NCBI GenBank assembly: GCA_051418015.1
Contig: JBPRGF010000023.1
Coordinates: forward strand, 96,001-160,000
DNA from: Candidatus Nitrospinota bacterium M3_3B_026
GTDB taxonomy: Bacteria > Nitrospinota_A > UBA7883 > JBPRGF01
Reading direction: 5' to 3'
DNA: 64,000 nucleotides
Part shown: piece after piece, positions 19,391-29,068 of the stretch
How the letters are laid out: each line of letters starts with the position of its first letter
Position numbering within the stretch: the stretch's first letter is position 1
The notes under the pieces: generated by a model
The model's input: only the letters and a program-made list of their open reading frames with translations
Database searches by the model: none
Told to the model about the DNA's origin: nothing
Translations under genes and position numbers: made by a program

Positions 19391-21580
19391 TTATTGCCGT
19401 TGCGGCTTGAAGGCCACCACGGCGAGAGGCGGCAGGGTTATTCTGATAGAATGCGGCCTGCCCTGGACGGGGACGGGCTCGGAGGCACAGCCACCGAAAG
19501 CGCCGAGGTTCGAGCCGTAATATATTTCAGCGTCGGAGTTGAATATCTCCTTGTAGAAGGAGTCCTCCGGGACGCCGACCCTGTAGTCCCATCGCGGGAC
19601 CGGGGTGAAGTTGAATACAAAGACGATGTAGTCGGAGGAGTCCCTGGCTTTTCTCATGAAAGAGATCGCCGAACCTTCCCAGTCGTGGATGTCTATCCAC
19701 TCGAACCCGTCGTGGGAAAAATCGACCTCCCACATGCTTCTTTCGTTCAGGTAGAGCCTTCCGAGGTCGGCCATGTAGCGCTGGAGCCTTGCGTGGGGGG
19801 CGTATTTCAGCAACCCCCAGTCCACCGAGGAGTCGTAGTTCCATTCGCTCCACTGGCCGATGTCGTTTCCCTGGAACAGGAGCTTCTTGCCCGGGTGGGC
19901 GAACATGTAGCCGTACAACAGCCGCAGGTTGGCGAACTTGCGCCAGTTGTCCCCCGGCATCTTGTTTATCATGGAGCCCTTGCCGTGGGTCACCTCGTCA
20001 TGGCTCAGGGAGAGGACGAAATTCTCATGGAAGGCGTAAATCATGGCGAAAGTCAGGCTGTTGTGATGATACTTCCTGTGGACGGGGTCCTTGCTGAAAT
20101 ACTCCAGGATGTCGTGCATCCAGCCCATGTTCCATTTCAGGGAGAACCCAAGCCCCCCCAGGTGAACAGGCCGCGACACACCCGGCCATGCGGTCGACTC
20201 CTCGGCGATCGTCAGCGCCCCAGGAAACCGGCCGTGCAGGACGGCGTTGAACTTCTTTAAAAACTCGATCGCCTCCAGGTTCTCGTTGCCGCCGTACTTG
20301 TTGGGCGTCCATTCGCCCGGCCCCTTCGAGTAATCCAGGTAAAGCATGGAGGCGACGGCGTCCACCCGCAGCCCGTCCAGGTGATAATACTCCAGCCAGA
20401 ACAGGGCCGAGGAGAGCAGGAAATTGGAGACCTCGGGCCTGCCATAGTTGAATATCAGCGTCCCCCAGTCCTTGTGCTCGCCTTTGCGCCAGTCCTCGTG
20501 CTCATAGAGGGCCGTGCCGTCGAACCTGCGGAGGCCGAAGGCGTCCTTGGGGAAATGGGCCGGGACCCAGTCCACGATCACGCCCAGCCCGTGGTTGTGG
20601 AAAAAATCGACGAAATACTTGAAATCGTCGGGAGTTCCGAACCGGGAAGTCGGGCAGAAGAACCCCGTCACCTGGTATCCCCATGAGGGATCGTAGGGGA
20701 ACTCGCCTATGGGCATAAGCTCGACATGGGTGTAGTTCTGCCGCTTCAGGTATTCCACCAGCATCGGCGCAAGCTCACGGTAGCTCAGCCAGCCGCCGTC
20801 ATCGCGCCTGGCCCAGGAGCCGAGATGCGCCTCGTAGACGGACATCGGCCTGTCCATCGAGATATTCTCCCGGCGCCGCGCCATCCACTCCGCGTCGTCC
20901 CACTCGTAGGCGTTTATGTCCCAGACCCTGCTTGCGGTGTTGGGGCGAAGCTCGCTTGCGTAAGCGTAGGGGTCGGCCTTGTCGAATACGTCGCCGTTTT
21001 CCGCCTTTATCTCGTACTTGTATATGGCGCCCTCGCCTACGCCGGGGATAAAAATCTCCCACACCCCCGAGGCGCCCAGCGAGCGCATCGGGTATCGCCT
21101 GCCGTCCCATTCGCAGAAGCCGCCCACCACCGAGACGCGCCGCGCGTTGGGCGCCCAGACGGCGAACCTCGTCCCCCGGACGCCGCCGATATCGACGACA
21201 TGGGCGCCGAGTTTTTTGTGTATCTCGTAATGGTTCCCCTCGTTGAAAAGGTGAAGGTCCATCTCCCCGAGCTGGGGCAGGAAGCTGTAGGGGTCGCGAT
21301 GGCGGAAATGCTCGCCCCGGTAGCTGACCATGTGAAAGTCGTAGGCGAAGACTTTCCGGTCCGGTATGAAGACCTCGAAAAAGGCGTCCTCCACCCGGCT
21401 CATCTGGTAGCGCTTGTTCGGCCTGTAAACGTCGATGACGGCGATCTCCGCCGCATCGGGGACGAAGGCGCGGACGGCCACGCCCCCCTCAACTTCGTGA
21501 ATTCCCAGGACGGTATGGGGGTCGTGATGGTCGGAGTTTATTATCCTCTCTATTTCGCTTTTCCGCGCCGTGGGGCTCAT
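19391..21580 (-). CDS. glgB: 1,4-alpha-glucan branching enzyme
   Basis: FAVWAPNA, YEAHLGSW, SWGYQVTG, DWVPAHF, GLRVDAVASMLY, AEESTAWP, LSHDEV. Confidence 0.97.
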   Translation of the reverse strand: MSPTARKSEIERIINSDHHDPHTVLGIHEVEGGVAVRAFVPDAAEIAVIDVYRPNKRYQMSRVEDAFFEVFIPDRKVFAYDFHMVSYRGEHFRHRDPYSFLPQLGEMDLHLFNEGNHYEIHKKLGAHVVDIGGVRGTRFAVWAPNARRVSVVGGFCEWDGRRYPMRSLGASGVWEIFIPGVGEGAIYKYEIKAENGDVFDKADPYAYASELRPNTASRVWDINAYEWDDAEWMARRRENISMDRPMSVYEAHLGSWARRDDGGWLSYRELAPMLVEYLKRQNYTHVELMPIGEFPYDPSWGYQVTGFFCPTSRFGTPDDFKYFVDFFHNHGLGVIVDWVPAHFPKDAFGLRRFDGTALYEHEDWRKGEHKDWGTLIFNYGRPEVSNFLLSSALFWLEYYHLDGLRVDAVASMLYLDYSKGPGEWTPNKYGGNENLEAIEFLKKFNAVLHGRFPGALTIAEESTAWPGVSRPVHLGGLGFSLKWNMGWMHDILEYFSKDPVHRKYHHNSLTFAMIYAFHENFVLSLSHDEVTHGKGSMINKMPGDNWRKFANLRLLYGYMFAHPGKKLLFQGNDIGQWSEWNYDSSVDWGLLKYAPHARLQRYMADLGRLYLNERSMWEVDFSHDGFEWIDIHDWEGSAISFMRKARDSSDYIVFVFNFTPVPRWDYRVGVPEDSFYKEIFNSDAEIYYGSNLGAFGGCASEPVPVQGRPHSIRITLPPLAVVAFKPQRQ

Positions 21581-21699
21581 CTTTCCTCTAACCTTGGGGT
21601 TTCTCTCCGTGGAGCGTCAGGTTTACAGTGTAACCAAAGAACGGGCGGGAACACAGGGGTTTTCCATTTGTCCCGCGGTCGCCGCCCCGGCCCTTCGCC

Positions 21700-22350
21700 T
21701 CACAGCCTGCCCTCCACCTCGGCGTTCAGCCTCTCGAAAAACGCCTCCATGAACCCGTGGCGGTCCTCTGCCAGCCTCCGGCCCGTCCGCGTCAGCATTC
21801 TCTCCTTTATCAACCGCAGCTTGACGAGGTACTCCCTGTACGCCGTGTCATCGGGGCCGTAGGCTTGCGCCTTTTCCGGGTCCACCGCCGGGTCATGCAG
21901 CCACGCGCCGATCTCCCCGGCGAACTGAAAAGCCCTCCCCACGCCGACGGCGCCGATGGAGTCGAGCTTGTCGGCGTCGAAAAGAACCCTCGCCTCGACG
22001 CTCTCCGGCGTATGGCCGCGCCTGAACCTGTGGGCGGCCACGCAATGACTGACCGCCTCCACGAGCCCTTCGCCCGCCCCCGCCTCCCGCAGGATATCCT
22101 CCGCCATCCGCGCCCCATGCTCGGCGTGGCACCGCCCGCCGTTGGCCCTGTCGTCCTCCGCCCTGGCGATGTCGTGCAGCAGGGCGGCGAGCCTCAGGAC
22201 GGTCATGTCCGCCCCTTCCCCGGGGCCGATCCTCTCGCACAGCCGGAGCACCCGCTCCACGTGGTCCCACCCGTGCGAGCCCCGCGCCTCCTTGAAAAAG
22301 GCCCTCGCTAACCGCTCCACCCTTGCCGTCAACGCGCTTCCATCCAACAT
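21700..22350 (-). CDS. HD-domain phosphohydrolase
   Basis: HGWDHVERV, LLHDI, HRFR, DADKLDSIGAVG. Confidence 0.88.
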   Translation of the reverse strand: MLDGSALTARVERLARAFFKEARGSHGWDHVERVLRLCERIGPGEGADMTVLRLAALLHDIARAEDDRANGGRCHAEHGARMAEDILREAGAGEGLVEAVSHCVAAHRFRRGHTPESVEARVLFDADKLDSIGAVGVGRAFQFAGEIGAWLHDPAVDPEKAQAYGPDDTAYREYLVKLRLIKERMLTRTGRRLAEDRHGFMEAFFERLNAEVEGRL

Positions 22351-22472
22351 CAGAGGAAATTAAACCACCCCCCAGGCCGCGTCAAGCGGGAGGGTCTGTT
22401 ATACCCCGATTCTCTGATAAAGTGGGTGAACCACGAGCCAAGGCGCGGTAAAACATGGCATCGACAAAAATA

Positions 22473-22541
22473 TCCTCCCCCTCGATGGGGGAGGTTAGGT
22501 GGGGGTGAAATGATTAATACCCCCTCCCGCCGGGGGGGGGA
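22473..22541. repeat. Intergenic C/G-run palindromic element (CCTCCCCCT..GGGGGAGG / CCCCTCCCGCCGGGGG), copy 1
   Basis: Shares CCCCCTCCCGCCGGGGG..GGATGGT with the element at ~50517-50604. Confidence 0.5.
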
Positions 22542-22572
22542 TGGTATATACGCTTATCCGGGAATCAGGGTC

Positions 22573-22581
22573 TGTTATAAT
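22573..22581 (+). promoter_or_regulatory. Extended -10 element (TGnTATAAT)
   Basis: TGTTATAAT about 30 nt upstream of the BON gene start. Confidence 0.55.
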
Positions 22582-22611
22582 CCCCTTGATGAACAGCAAG
22601 GGAGAGACGGC

Positions 22612-22974
22612 ATGAGAAAAACGTTCGCGGCCCTGGCCGCCGCCGCGCTGCTGGCCGCGCCCGCCTTCGCCCAAGGCGAGGGGCCGATGGAGCGCGTCGG
22701 CAAGACGATAGACGAAGGTGTGGAAAACGCCCGCGGCTTCCTGAGCGACGCGGCGATAACCACCAGGGTGAAAAAAAGGCTCATCAGGGACGACTACGTC
22801 TCCGGGTTCGACATCGACGTCACCACCATAGACGGCCGCGTGACCCTCGAGGGGGACACGCCCAGCGAAGAGGTGGCCCAGCGGGCCGTCGAGATCGCCC
22901 GCGCCACCGAGGGCGTGAAAAGCGTGGACAACAGGCTCTGGATCGTGACCAGAACCCCATCGAAGGCCCAGTGA
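22612..22974 (+). CDS. Exported BON-domain (OsmY-like) protein
   Basis: GGGAG SD, signal peptide, SDAAITTRVK, IDVTTIDGRVTLEG, GVKSVDNRL. Confidence 0.88.
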   Translation: MRKTFAALAAAALLAAPAFAQGEGPMERVGKTIDEGVENARGFLSDAAITTRVKKRLIRDDYVSGFDIDVTTIDGRVTLEGDTPSEEVAQRAVEIARATEGVKSVDNRLWIVTRTPSKAQ

Positions 22975-23041
22975 GCCCAGCCTCCGGCATTGTGTTAGAA
23001 TTTAGCGGACTCAGGCCAAGACCATCGAGGTTCCCTGGTTC

Positions 23042-23572
23042 ATGGACATAAGGAAAATCGCCGCGGCGCTCATGATCGCCGCTTTCGCCGCTGGATGCGC
23101 GAGCGCCCCCCGCAGCGCGGACAGGGGGCGGGAGGACATCCTGCGCTCCGACGGGTTCCGCGTTCTGAGGCTCAAGGCCGAAAGCGTTGTCTTCAACGCA
23201 GCAGGCGCGCAAACCGTCACGAGCAAAAGCTTCACCAGCGAGGTGGAGGTCAACGTCCACGGCGATATAAGAAGCTACAAGTTCACGAACACCGTGAAGG
23301 CGGAGGATGAAGCCAGGACGACGACGGTGCTGGTGGCCATCTCCGGCACGGAGGGCGGGGTCGGCATCTACGGCGAAGACGGCTCAACCCTGGCCGAATA
23401 CGCAAAAGGCAGGCTTCACGGCGACGCGCTCATTTTCGACATGAAAAGAGACGACGGGTCGAACATGATAAAGTGGCTTTTCGGCAGGGACACGATCGCC
23501 AGCGTCATAGAAACCTTCGACAGCAAGGGAAAGCTCATCTACTCCGAGATCACCGTATACCGCCCGCGCTGA
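23042..23572 (+). CDS. Hypothetical lipoprotein
   Basis: Lipobox-like FAAGC after a hydrophobic leader; beta-rich body. Confidence 0.7.
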   Translation: MDIRKIAAALMIAAFAAGCASAPRSADRGREDILRSDGFRVLRLKAESVVFNAAGAQTVTSKSFTSEVEVNVHGDIRSYKFTNTVKAEDEARTTTVLVAISGTEGGVGIYGEDGSTLAEYAKGRLHGDALIFDMKRDDGSNMIKWLFGRDTIASVIETFDSKGKLIYSEITVYRPR

Positions 23573-23648
23573 CCTGTCTTCAGCCGAGGGTGAAGAGTGA
23601 CATTGAGCCTCCCCCTTCCCCGGCGGGAGTGAACGTTGGCCCGCCAAT

Positions 23649-23727
23649 GTCATGCTGAGCGCCAGCGAAGCATCCCGTTCGCTCTTGCCAGCCCCGGCGG
23701 GATTCTTCGGCTTCGCCTCAGAATGAC
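23649..23727. repeat. REP-like palindromic element GTCAT(G/T)CTGAG...CTCAGAATGAC, copy 1
   Basis: Terminal inverted repeat plus internal CGAAG..ATC / GATTCTTCG; related copies at 36669 and 29013. Confidence 0.7.
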
Positions 23728-23899
23728 GTTGTGAATCGTTGTGAATCAAAGAAAAACCCGCCCCAGCGCCTGACGCCTTCATCTTTAAAATGTTTTTCAG
23801 GCGCCACAAATTCTCCTTCTCCCAAAAGTCCTGTTGAACGCGCGCTGAATCTGGGATTAAATGTAGCCAGGATGCAGGATGGATGATGGTAATGTGACG

Positions 23900-25300
23900 A
23901 TGGAACGTGAAGACAAGGAGCTGATAAAGGACATCTTCCCGGCCGAGGATGTCTCAAGCGCGCCGGAGGACCTCATGGTCTACGGCTATGACGCCACCGG
24001 CGGCGAGGCGGCGCCGGAGATCGTCGCCTTCCCCAGGACGCCGGAGCAGGTAAGCCGCGTGTTGAGGCTGGCCAACGAGCGCGGTTTTCCCGTGACGGCG
24101 CGGGGCGCGGGCTCAGGGTTCGTCGGCGGGGCCATCCCCACCCATGACGGCGTCGTCCTCGTCATGACAAGGATGGACCGTATACTGGAGATAGACGAGG
24201 ACAACCTGACGGCCCTGGTCGAGCCTGGGCTCGTCACGGCGAAGCTCCAGGAGGCGGTGGAGGCCAGGGGCCTTTTCTATCCGCCGGACCCCGCCTCCCT
24301 GAAGGTCTCCACCCTCGGGGGCAACGTGGTCATGGGCGCCGGGGGGCCGCGGGCGGTGAAGTACGGTGTCACCAGGGACTATGTCCTCGGCCTGGAGGTG
24401 GTCCTGCCGACGGGCGAGATAATCCAGACCGGCGCGAAGACGGTGAAAAGCGTCGTGGGGTACGACGTAACCCGCCTCATGATCGGCTCCGAGGGGACGC
24501 TGGGGGTCGTGACCAAGATAAGGCTCCGGCTCCTGCCCAGGCCCGAGACGGTGAAGACGGCGCTGGCCGTCTTCGGCGCCGTGGGGGACGCGGCGAGGGC
24601 GGTGTCAGCCATCATCAAGGCGAAAATAATCCCCCGCACGCTTGAATTCATGGACAAAAGCGCCGTGACCGCCGTGGAGGACTATCTCCACGCCGGGCTG
24701 CCCACGGAGGCGGCGGCGATACTGCTGATTGAGACCGACGGCCCGGAAAAAACCGCCGGGGAGGAGCTCCGGCGCATACGGGCCATACTGGAGGAACTCG
24801 GTGTGATCCGCGTCGAAACGGCCAGGGACGAGGAAGAACGCGAAAGGCTGTGGACCGTCCGCCGCTCCATATCCCCGGCAATCCTCAGGATAAGGCCCAC
24901 GAAGATCAACGAGGACGTCACCGTCCCCCGGTCGAAGATACCGGACTTGATGGAGCGCCTTTCGGAGCTTTCGGAGAGGACGGGGCTGCCGATAGTGAAC
25001 TTCGGCCATGCCGGCGACGGCAACATCCACGTGAACGTCATGACCGACAAGAAAAACGCCGAGGAATACGAGCGCGCCCTGGGCGCCGTCGACGAGGTGT
25101 TCAGGATATGCCTGGAGCTTGGCGGCACCCTCTCCGGCGAGCACGGGATAGGGATCACCAAGGCGAAATACATAGAGTCCGAGATAGGATCGGAAGGGGT
25201 GGAGCTTGCCCGGAGGATAAAGGCAGCCTTCGACCCGAACAACGTGTTGAACCCCGGCAAGATCGTCCCGGAAAAGGCGGCGGCTGGACAGGACGCTTGA
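23900..25300 (+). CDS. glcD: FAD-linked oxidase, GlcD / D-lactate dehydrogenase family
   Basis: RGAGSG, FYPPDPAS, STLGGN, KYGVTRDYV, GSEGTLG, NFGHAGDGNIH, SGEHGIG, NPGK; substrate not determinable. Confidence 0.85.
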   Translation: MEREDKELIKDIFPAEDVSSAPEDLMVYGYDATGGEAAPEIVAFPRTPEQVSRVLRLANERGFPVTARGAGSGFVGGAIPTHDGVVLVMTRMDRILEIDEDNLTALVEPGLVTAKLQEAVEARGLFYPPDPASLKVSTLGGNVVMGAGGPRAVKYGVTRDYVLGLEVVLPTGEIIQTGAKTVKSVVGYDVTRLMIGSEGTLGVVTKIRLRLLPRPETVKTALAVFGAVGDAARAVSAIIKAKIIPRTLEFMDKSAVTAVEDYLHAGLPTEAAAILLIETDGPEKTAGEELRRIRAILEELGVIRVETARDEEERERLWTVRRSISPAILRIRPTKINEDVTVPRSKIPDLMERLSELSERTGLPIVNFGHAGDGNIHVNVMTDKKNAEEYERALGAVDEVFRICLELGGTLSGEHGIGITKAKYIESEIGSEGVELARRIKAAFDPNNVLNPGKIVPEKAAAGQDA

Positions 25301-25334
25301 TTTCAACGGAGATGACAAGGGACAGCGGAGGACG

Positions 25335-25835
25335 ATGGACATACTGATACTGCTTGGAAGCGAATCGGACATGGAGATAGCCCGGGCCTGCGTGGACGTT
25401 CTGGATGAGATGGGCGTCTCCCACGAGGTCCGCGTCGCCTCGGCCCACCGGACGCCGGAGAGGGTGAGGGAGCTTATACGGCGCGCCGAGGCGCAAGGGG
25501 CGAAGGCGGTCATAGCCGTGGCGGGTCTTTCGGCCCACCTTGCCGGCGTCGTCGCCTCGGAGACGGTCCTGCCGGTGATAGGAGTCCCCGCGGCGGCGGG
25601 TCCGCTGAACGGGCTGGACTCGTTGCTTTCCACCGTGAACATGCCCGGCGGCGTGCCGGTGGCGGCGGTGTCGCTCGGCAAGGCCGGGGGGAAGAACGCG
25701 GCGCTGCTGGCCTGCCGGATCCTGGCCCTGGGGGACGAGTCCCTGAAAGAAAAAATATCCGTCCACAGGGAAAAGATGGCGAAGGCCGTGGAGGAAGCGG
25801 ACGGACGCCTCCAGCAGGAACTCGAAAAGGGCTGA
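25335..25835 (+). CDS. purE: N5-CAIR mutase
   Basis: GSESD, SAHRTP, AGLSAHLAG, MPGGVPVA. Confidence 0.96.
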   Translation: MDILILLGSESDMEIARACVDVLDEMGVSHEVRVASAHRTPERVRELIRRAEAQGAKAVIAVAGLSAHLAGVVASETVLPVIGVPAAAGPLNGLDSLLSTVNMPGGVPVAAVSLGKAGGKNAALLACRILALGDESLKEKISVHREKMAKAVEEADGRLQQELEKG

Positions 25836-25881
25836 CCCGCGGCGGCGGACAGGGCGCCCGCGGGCCCGGAGGTTTTTTTTC

Positions 25882-26775
25882 ATGCGCATCGTCACAAGAC
25901 GTGATTTCGACGGGCTGGTCTGCTCCGTTCTCGTCACCGAGGCGGAGGATGTCTCCCGGATCCGTTTCGCCCATCCGAAGGTCATCCAGGACAGGATGAT
26001 AGAGATTACGTCCGAAGACATCCTGCTGAACCTGCCGTACCACCCGGATTGCGGAATGTGGTTCGACCACCACGTATCGGAGCGCGAGCATGGCGCGAGG
26101 GAGGACCAGTTCAAGGGCCGGTTCGGCCTGGCGCCCTCCTGCGCGAGGCTGATCTACGAGTATTACAGCCTGCCCGGCTGGAAGGAAAAATACGCGGACC
26201 TGATAGACGCCACCGACAGGATAGACTCCGCCCAGCTCACGCTGAGCGACATCCTGATGCCGCAAGGGTGGCTCCGGCTCGCGAACACCGTCGACCCCCG
26301 GACGGGGTTCGAAAGCTCCGAGAAGTATTTTCTCGACCTCATCGAGTGGATAAAACAATACCCGCTGGAGAAGATTTTCGAGCTGGACGAGGTGAGGGGG
26401 AGGCTTCGTGAATTCTTCAAGGAGCACAAGCAGTTCGAGGAGGCGCTGAAAAAGCATTCATGGCAGGAAGGCGCGGTAATCGTGACCGATTTCAGGCCGC
26501 TGGACCCGGCCCCCGTCGGCAGCAGGTTCCTGGTCTACGCCCTGTACCCAACGGCGAACGTCTCCGTCCGCGTGTTCAACGCCGCCGATCAGCCGGTGGT
26601 GACCATAGCCGTCGGCAGAAGCATCATAAACCGCACCTGCGAGGTGGACATAGGGAACCTGATGTCCGAGTACGGCGGCGGGGGGCACGTCGGCGCGGGC
26701 ACCTGCCGCGTCTCCCCCGGCGAGGCGGACGACACCCTCAACGACATCGTGATGAGGCTGAACGCCTTCGGATGA
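25882..26775 (+). CDS. DHH-family phosphoesterase (nanoRNase / exopolyphosphatase-like)
   Basis: TRRDFDGLVC, FDHH, GGGGHVGAGTC. Confidence 0.85.
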   Translation: MRIVTRRDFDGLVCSVLVTEAEDVSRIRFAHPKVIQDRMIEITSEDILLNLPYHPDCGMWFDHHVSEREHGAREDQFKGRFGLAPSCARLIYEYYSLPGWKEKYADLIDATDRIDSAQLTLSDILMPQGWLRLANTVDPRTGFESSEKYFLDLIEWIKQYPLEKIFELDEVRGRLREFFKEHKQFEEALKKHSWQEGAVIVTDFRPLDPAPVGSRFLVYALYPTANVSVRVFNAADQPVVTIAVGRSIINRTCEVDIGNLMSEYGGGGHVGAGTCRVSPGEADDTLNDIVMRLNAFG

Positions 26776-26790
26776 GTAGAGGCGGGGCCT

Positions 26791-27258
26791 TCAATCCTCC
26801 ACGCCCGCGCAGGCCTTGCACAGGCCGTATATCTCCAGCCTGTGGTCGAGCATCTTGAACCCGCGCTTTTTCGCCTCCCCGGCCTGGAGTTTTTCTATGC
26901 TCTCGTTCTCGAACTCCTCCACCGCCCCGCAAGAGACGCAGACCATGTGGTCGTGGTGACGTTCCGCCGTCTTGGCGGGCTCGAAACGCGTCACGCCGTC
27001 CTTGAACCTTCTCTCGTGGGCCAGCCCCGCGGCGATCAGCATGTTCATGGCGCGGTAGACGGTGGCCAGCCCGATGGACGAATGCTCCGTCCGGAGCCTT
27101 GCGTGCAGCTCCTCGGCGCTGACGTGCTCCCGGGCCTTGAAGAACTCGGCCACGATGAGATCGCGCTGGACGGTGGACTTGAGCCCGTTCCGGGAAAGGT
27201 ATTCCCTGTATTTGCGGAGCCATTCCCTGTCCGGCGCGGTCTCGCTCTGGGGGGTCAT
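26791..27258 (-). CDS. fur: Ferric uptake regulator
   Basis: TVQR, HVSAEEL, GLATVYR, HHDHMVCVSCG, C-terminal CKAC. Confidence 0.9.
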   Translation of the reverse strand: MTPQSETAPDREWLRKYREYLSRNGLKSTVQRDLIVAEFFKAREHVSAEELHARLRTEHSSIGLATVYRAMNMLIAAGLAHERRFKDGVTRFEPAKTAERHHDHMVCVSCGAVEEFENESIEKLQAGEAKKRGFKMLDHRLEIYGLCKACAGVED

Positions 27259-27300
27259 CGCCTATCCCGCCGTCGTTGAGTTGTCTGTAAACATGGTATG

Positions 27301-27329
27301 ACCTTATTTCAATTGAGAGCCATTGTCAA
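27301..27329 (-). promoter_or_regulatory. sigma70 promoter of fur overlapped by a Fur-box-like palindrome
   Basis: Minus strand TTGACA-17 nt-TAAGGT; palindrome TTGAGAGCCATTGTCAA at 27313-27329. Confidence 0.6.
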
Positions 27330-27495
27330 CTAGCCCCCCAGCCGCCAAGGGGCTTGAAAAAGCCTGGGCGGACCCGCCGCCGCCCCCCAGACCGGAACGG
27401 CGCATGGCTCGTCAAACGCTGGCGCCGGAGCGGCCGGGGATATTACAATTACCGGAATCGGCGCATGGCGCCATCACGAACCCCGGGCTTGCTGG

Positions 27496-28956
27496 ATGGT
27501 GAAAAAAAGAGAAACTGCCGGCGAGGAAGGAAGCGGCCTTTCAGGCGCGCTCCTGTCCTCTCCCGCCGCCCCGCTCGCGGCGCTGTTCGCGATATCGTTC
27601 GCGCTTTACGCAAAGACCGCCGCCTTCGGCTTCATTCCCACGTGGGACGACGGCCGCCTGATCCTGGACAATCCCCTCCTCGAGGATGTCTCTTTCGAAA
27701 ACGCCGCCCGGATACTCGGCTCTTCCTCCAAGGGTTTCTACCAGCCCCTGCATATCATGAGCTATATGCTCGACGCCGCCCTCTGGGAGGGAAACCCCGC
27801 AGGCTATCACCTGGTGAACGCCCTGCTGCATTCGGTGAACGCGGCTCTGGTTTTCCTTGCCGTGAGGGTGATCAGCGGCCGCGGCGGCCTTTCCTTCTTC
27901 GCCGCTCTCCTTTTCGCCGTCCATCCCGTGAACGTGGAGAACGTCGCCTGGGCGGCCGAGCGCAAGACGCTGCTGTCGGCGCTCTTTTTTCTCCTGACGG
28001 TGATCTTTTATGTCAGGGGCATGGACGAACGGGGATACCGCTCCTACGCGGCCTCCCTGATCTGCTTCACCGCGGCGCTATTGTCCAAGGTCATGGTCGT
28101 GACGGCGCCGCTGGCCCTTCTCGCCTGGACGGCGCTTTTGCGCAAGGGCGAGAAAAGGTGGGCCCGGCTGGCGCCCTTTTTCGTTATCGCCGCGGGTTCC
28201 GCGGCGCTCACGCTGGCGCTTCACCTGCGGATGAAGGTTTTCGAGGAGGGGACGCTTTCGCCGGACATCCTCTTCGGCGTCGTATACCCCACCATGCTTC
28301 CCGTGCTCTGGAAATACGTGTCGCTTCTGGCGCTGCCGTTCGGCTTGAACGGATATTATAACGCGGAGTTTCATTACTCCTTCACGGACTGGCCTGTTCT
28401 GGCCTCGCTGCTGGCGTGGGCGGGGGTCTTCGCCTTCGTCTTCATAAAAGGCGGCGCGGCCGAAAAATTCTGGTTTTCGTGGTACTGGATATTCCTGCTG
28501 CCCGCCGCCAACATCATCCCGAACATCGTGTTCTACGCCGACAGGTTCCTGTACCTGCCGCAGATCGGCGCTTTCGTCCTGCTGGGCGCCCTTGGCGGAC
28601 GGCTCGCCGAAGCGGTGGAAAAAAGGAAGCCGGCGCGGAAAGGCAAAGACGCTCCCGGCGGCCGGCCCCCGCTGCTTGTCCCCGCCGCCGCCGCGCTCGC
28701 TCTCTTTTACGCGGCCCTGGCCTTCGACCGGCTGGATGTCTGGAAAAACGAGATCACCTTCTGGGAGGACACGGCGGAAAAATCGCCGGACATGTACAAG
28801 CCGAGGCTCAACCTGGGCGTCGCCTACGAGAAAGCCGGCAGGCTGAAGGAAGCGGAGGCGGAATACACAGCCGCGCTACGGATATACAAAGGCCCGGAGG
28901 CTCTTTCCAACCTCGCGATGGTCAGGGCGAAGATGAAAGCCGCGAAGGGGAACTGA
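27496..28956 (+). CDS. GT-C-fold multi-TM glycosyltransferase with C-terminal TPR (TMTC-like)
   Basis: WDD..I..NP, YQPL, YHLVNALLH, FAVHPVNVENVAW..ERK, ADRFLYLP, TPR (NLGVAY..G..EAEAEY..AL). Confidence 0.78.
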   Translation: MVKKRETAGEEGSGLSGALLSSPAAPLAALFAISFALYAKTAAFGFIPTWDDGRLILDNPLLEDVSFENAARILGSSSKGFYQPLHIMSYMLDAALWEGNPAGYHLVNALLHSVNAALVFLAVRVISGRGGLSFFAALLFAVHPVNVENVAWAAERKTLLSALFFLLTVIFYVRGMDERGYRSYAASLICFTAALLSKVMVVTAPLALLAWTALLRKGEKRWARLAPFFVIAAGSAALTLALHLRMKVFEEGTLSPDILFGVVYPTMLPVLWKYVSLLALPFGLNGYYNAEFHYSFTDWPVLASLLAWAGVFAFVFIKGGAAEKFWFSWYWIFLLPAANIIPNIVFYADRFLYLPQIGAFVLLGALGGRLAEAVEKRKPARKGKDAPGGRPPLLVPAAAALALFYAALAFDRLDVWKNEITFWEDTAEKSPDMYKPRLNLGVAYEKAGRLKEAEAEYTAALRIYKGPEALSNLAMVRAKMKAAKGN

Positions 28957-29012
28957 GCCGCCCGCGCCGGAGATAAGCCTTCGCATAGTCCGGCCTGGCG
29001 CCGCCCGCCGCC

Positions 29013-29050
29013 GTCGCCCTGAGCGGCAGAATCCTTGGCCTCGGAATGAC
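29013..29050. repeat. Degenerate short copy of the GTCAT..CTGAG / GAATGAC element
   Basis: GTCGCCCTGAGC...CTCGGAATGAC between convergent genes. Confidence 0.4.
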
Positions 29051-29068
29051 AACCGGCGCGAGGCGCGC

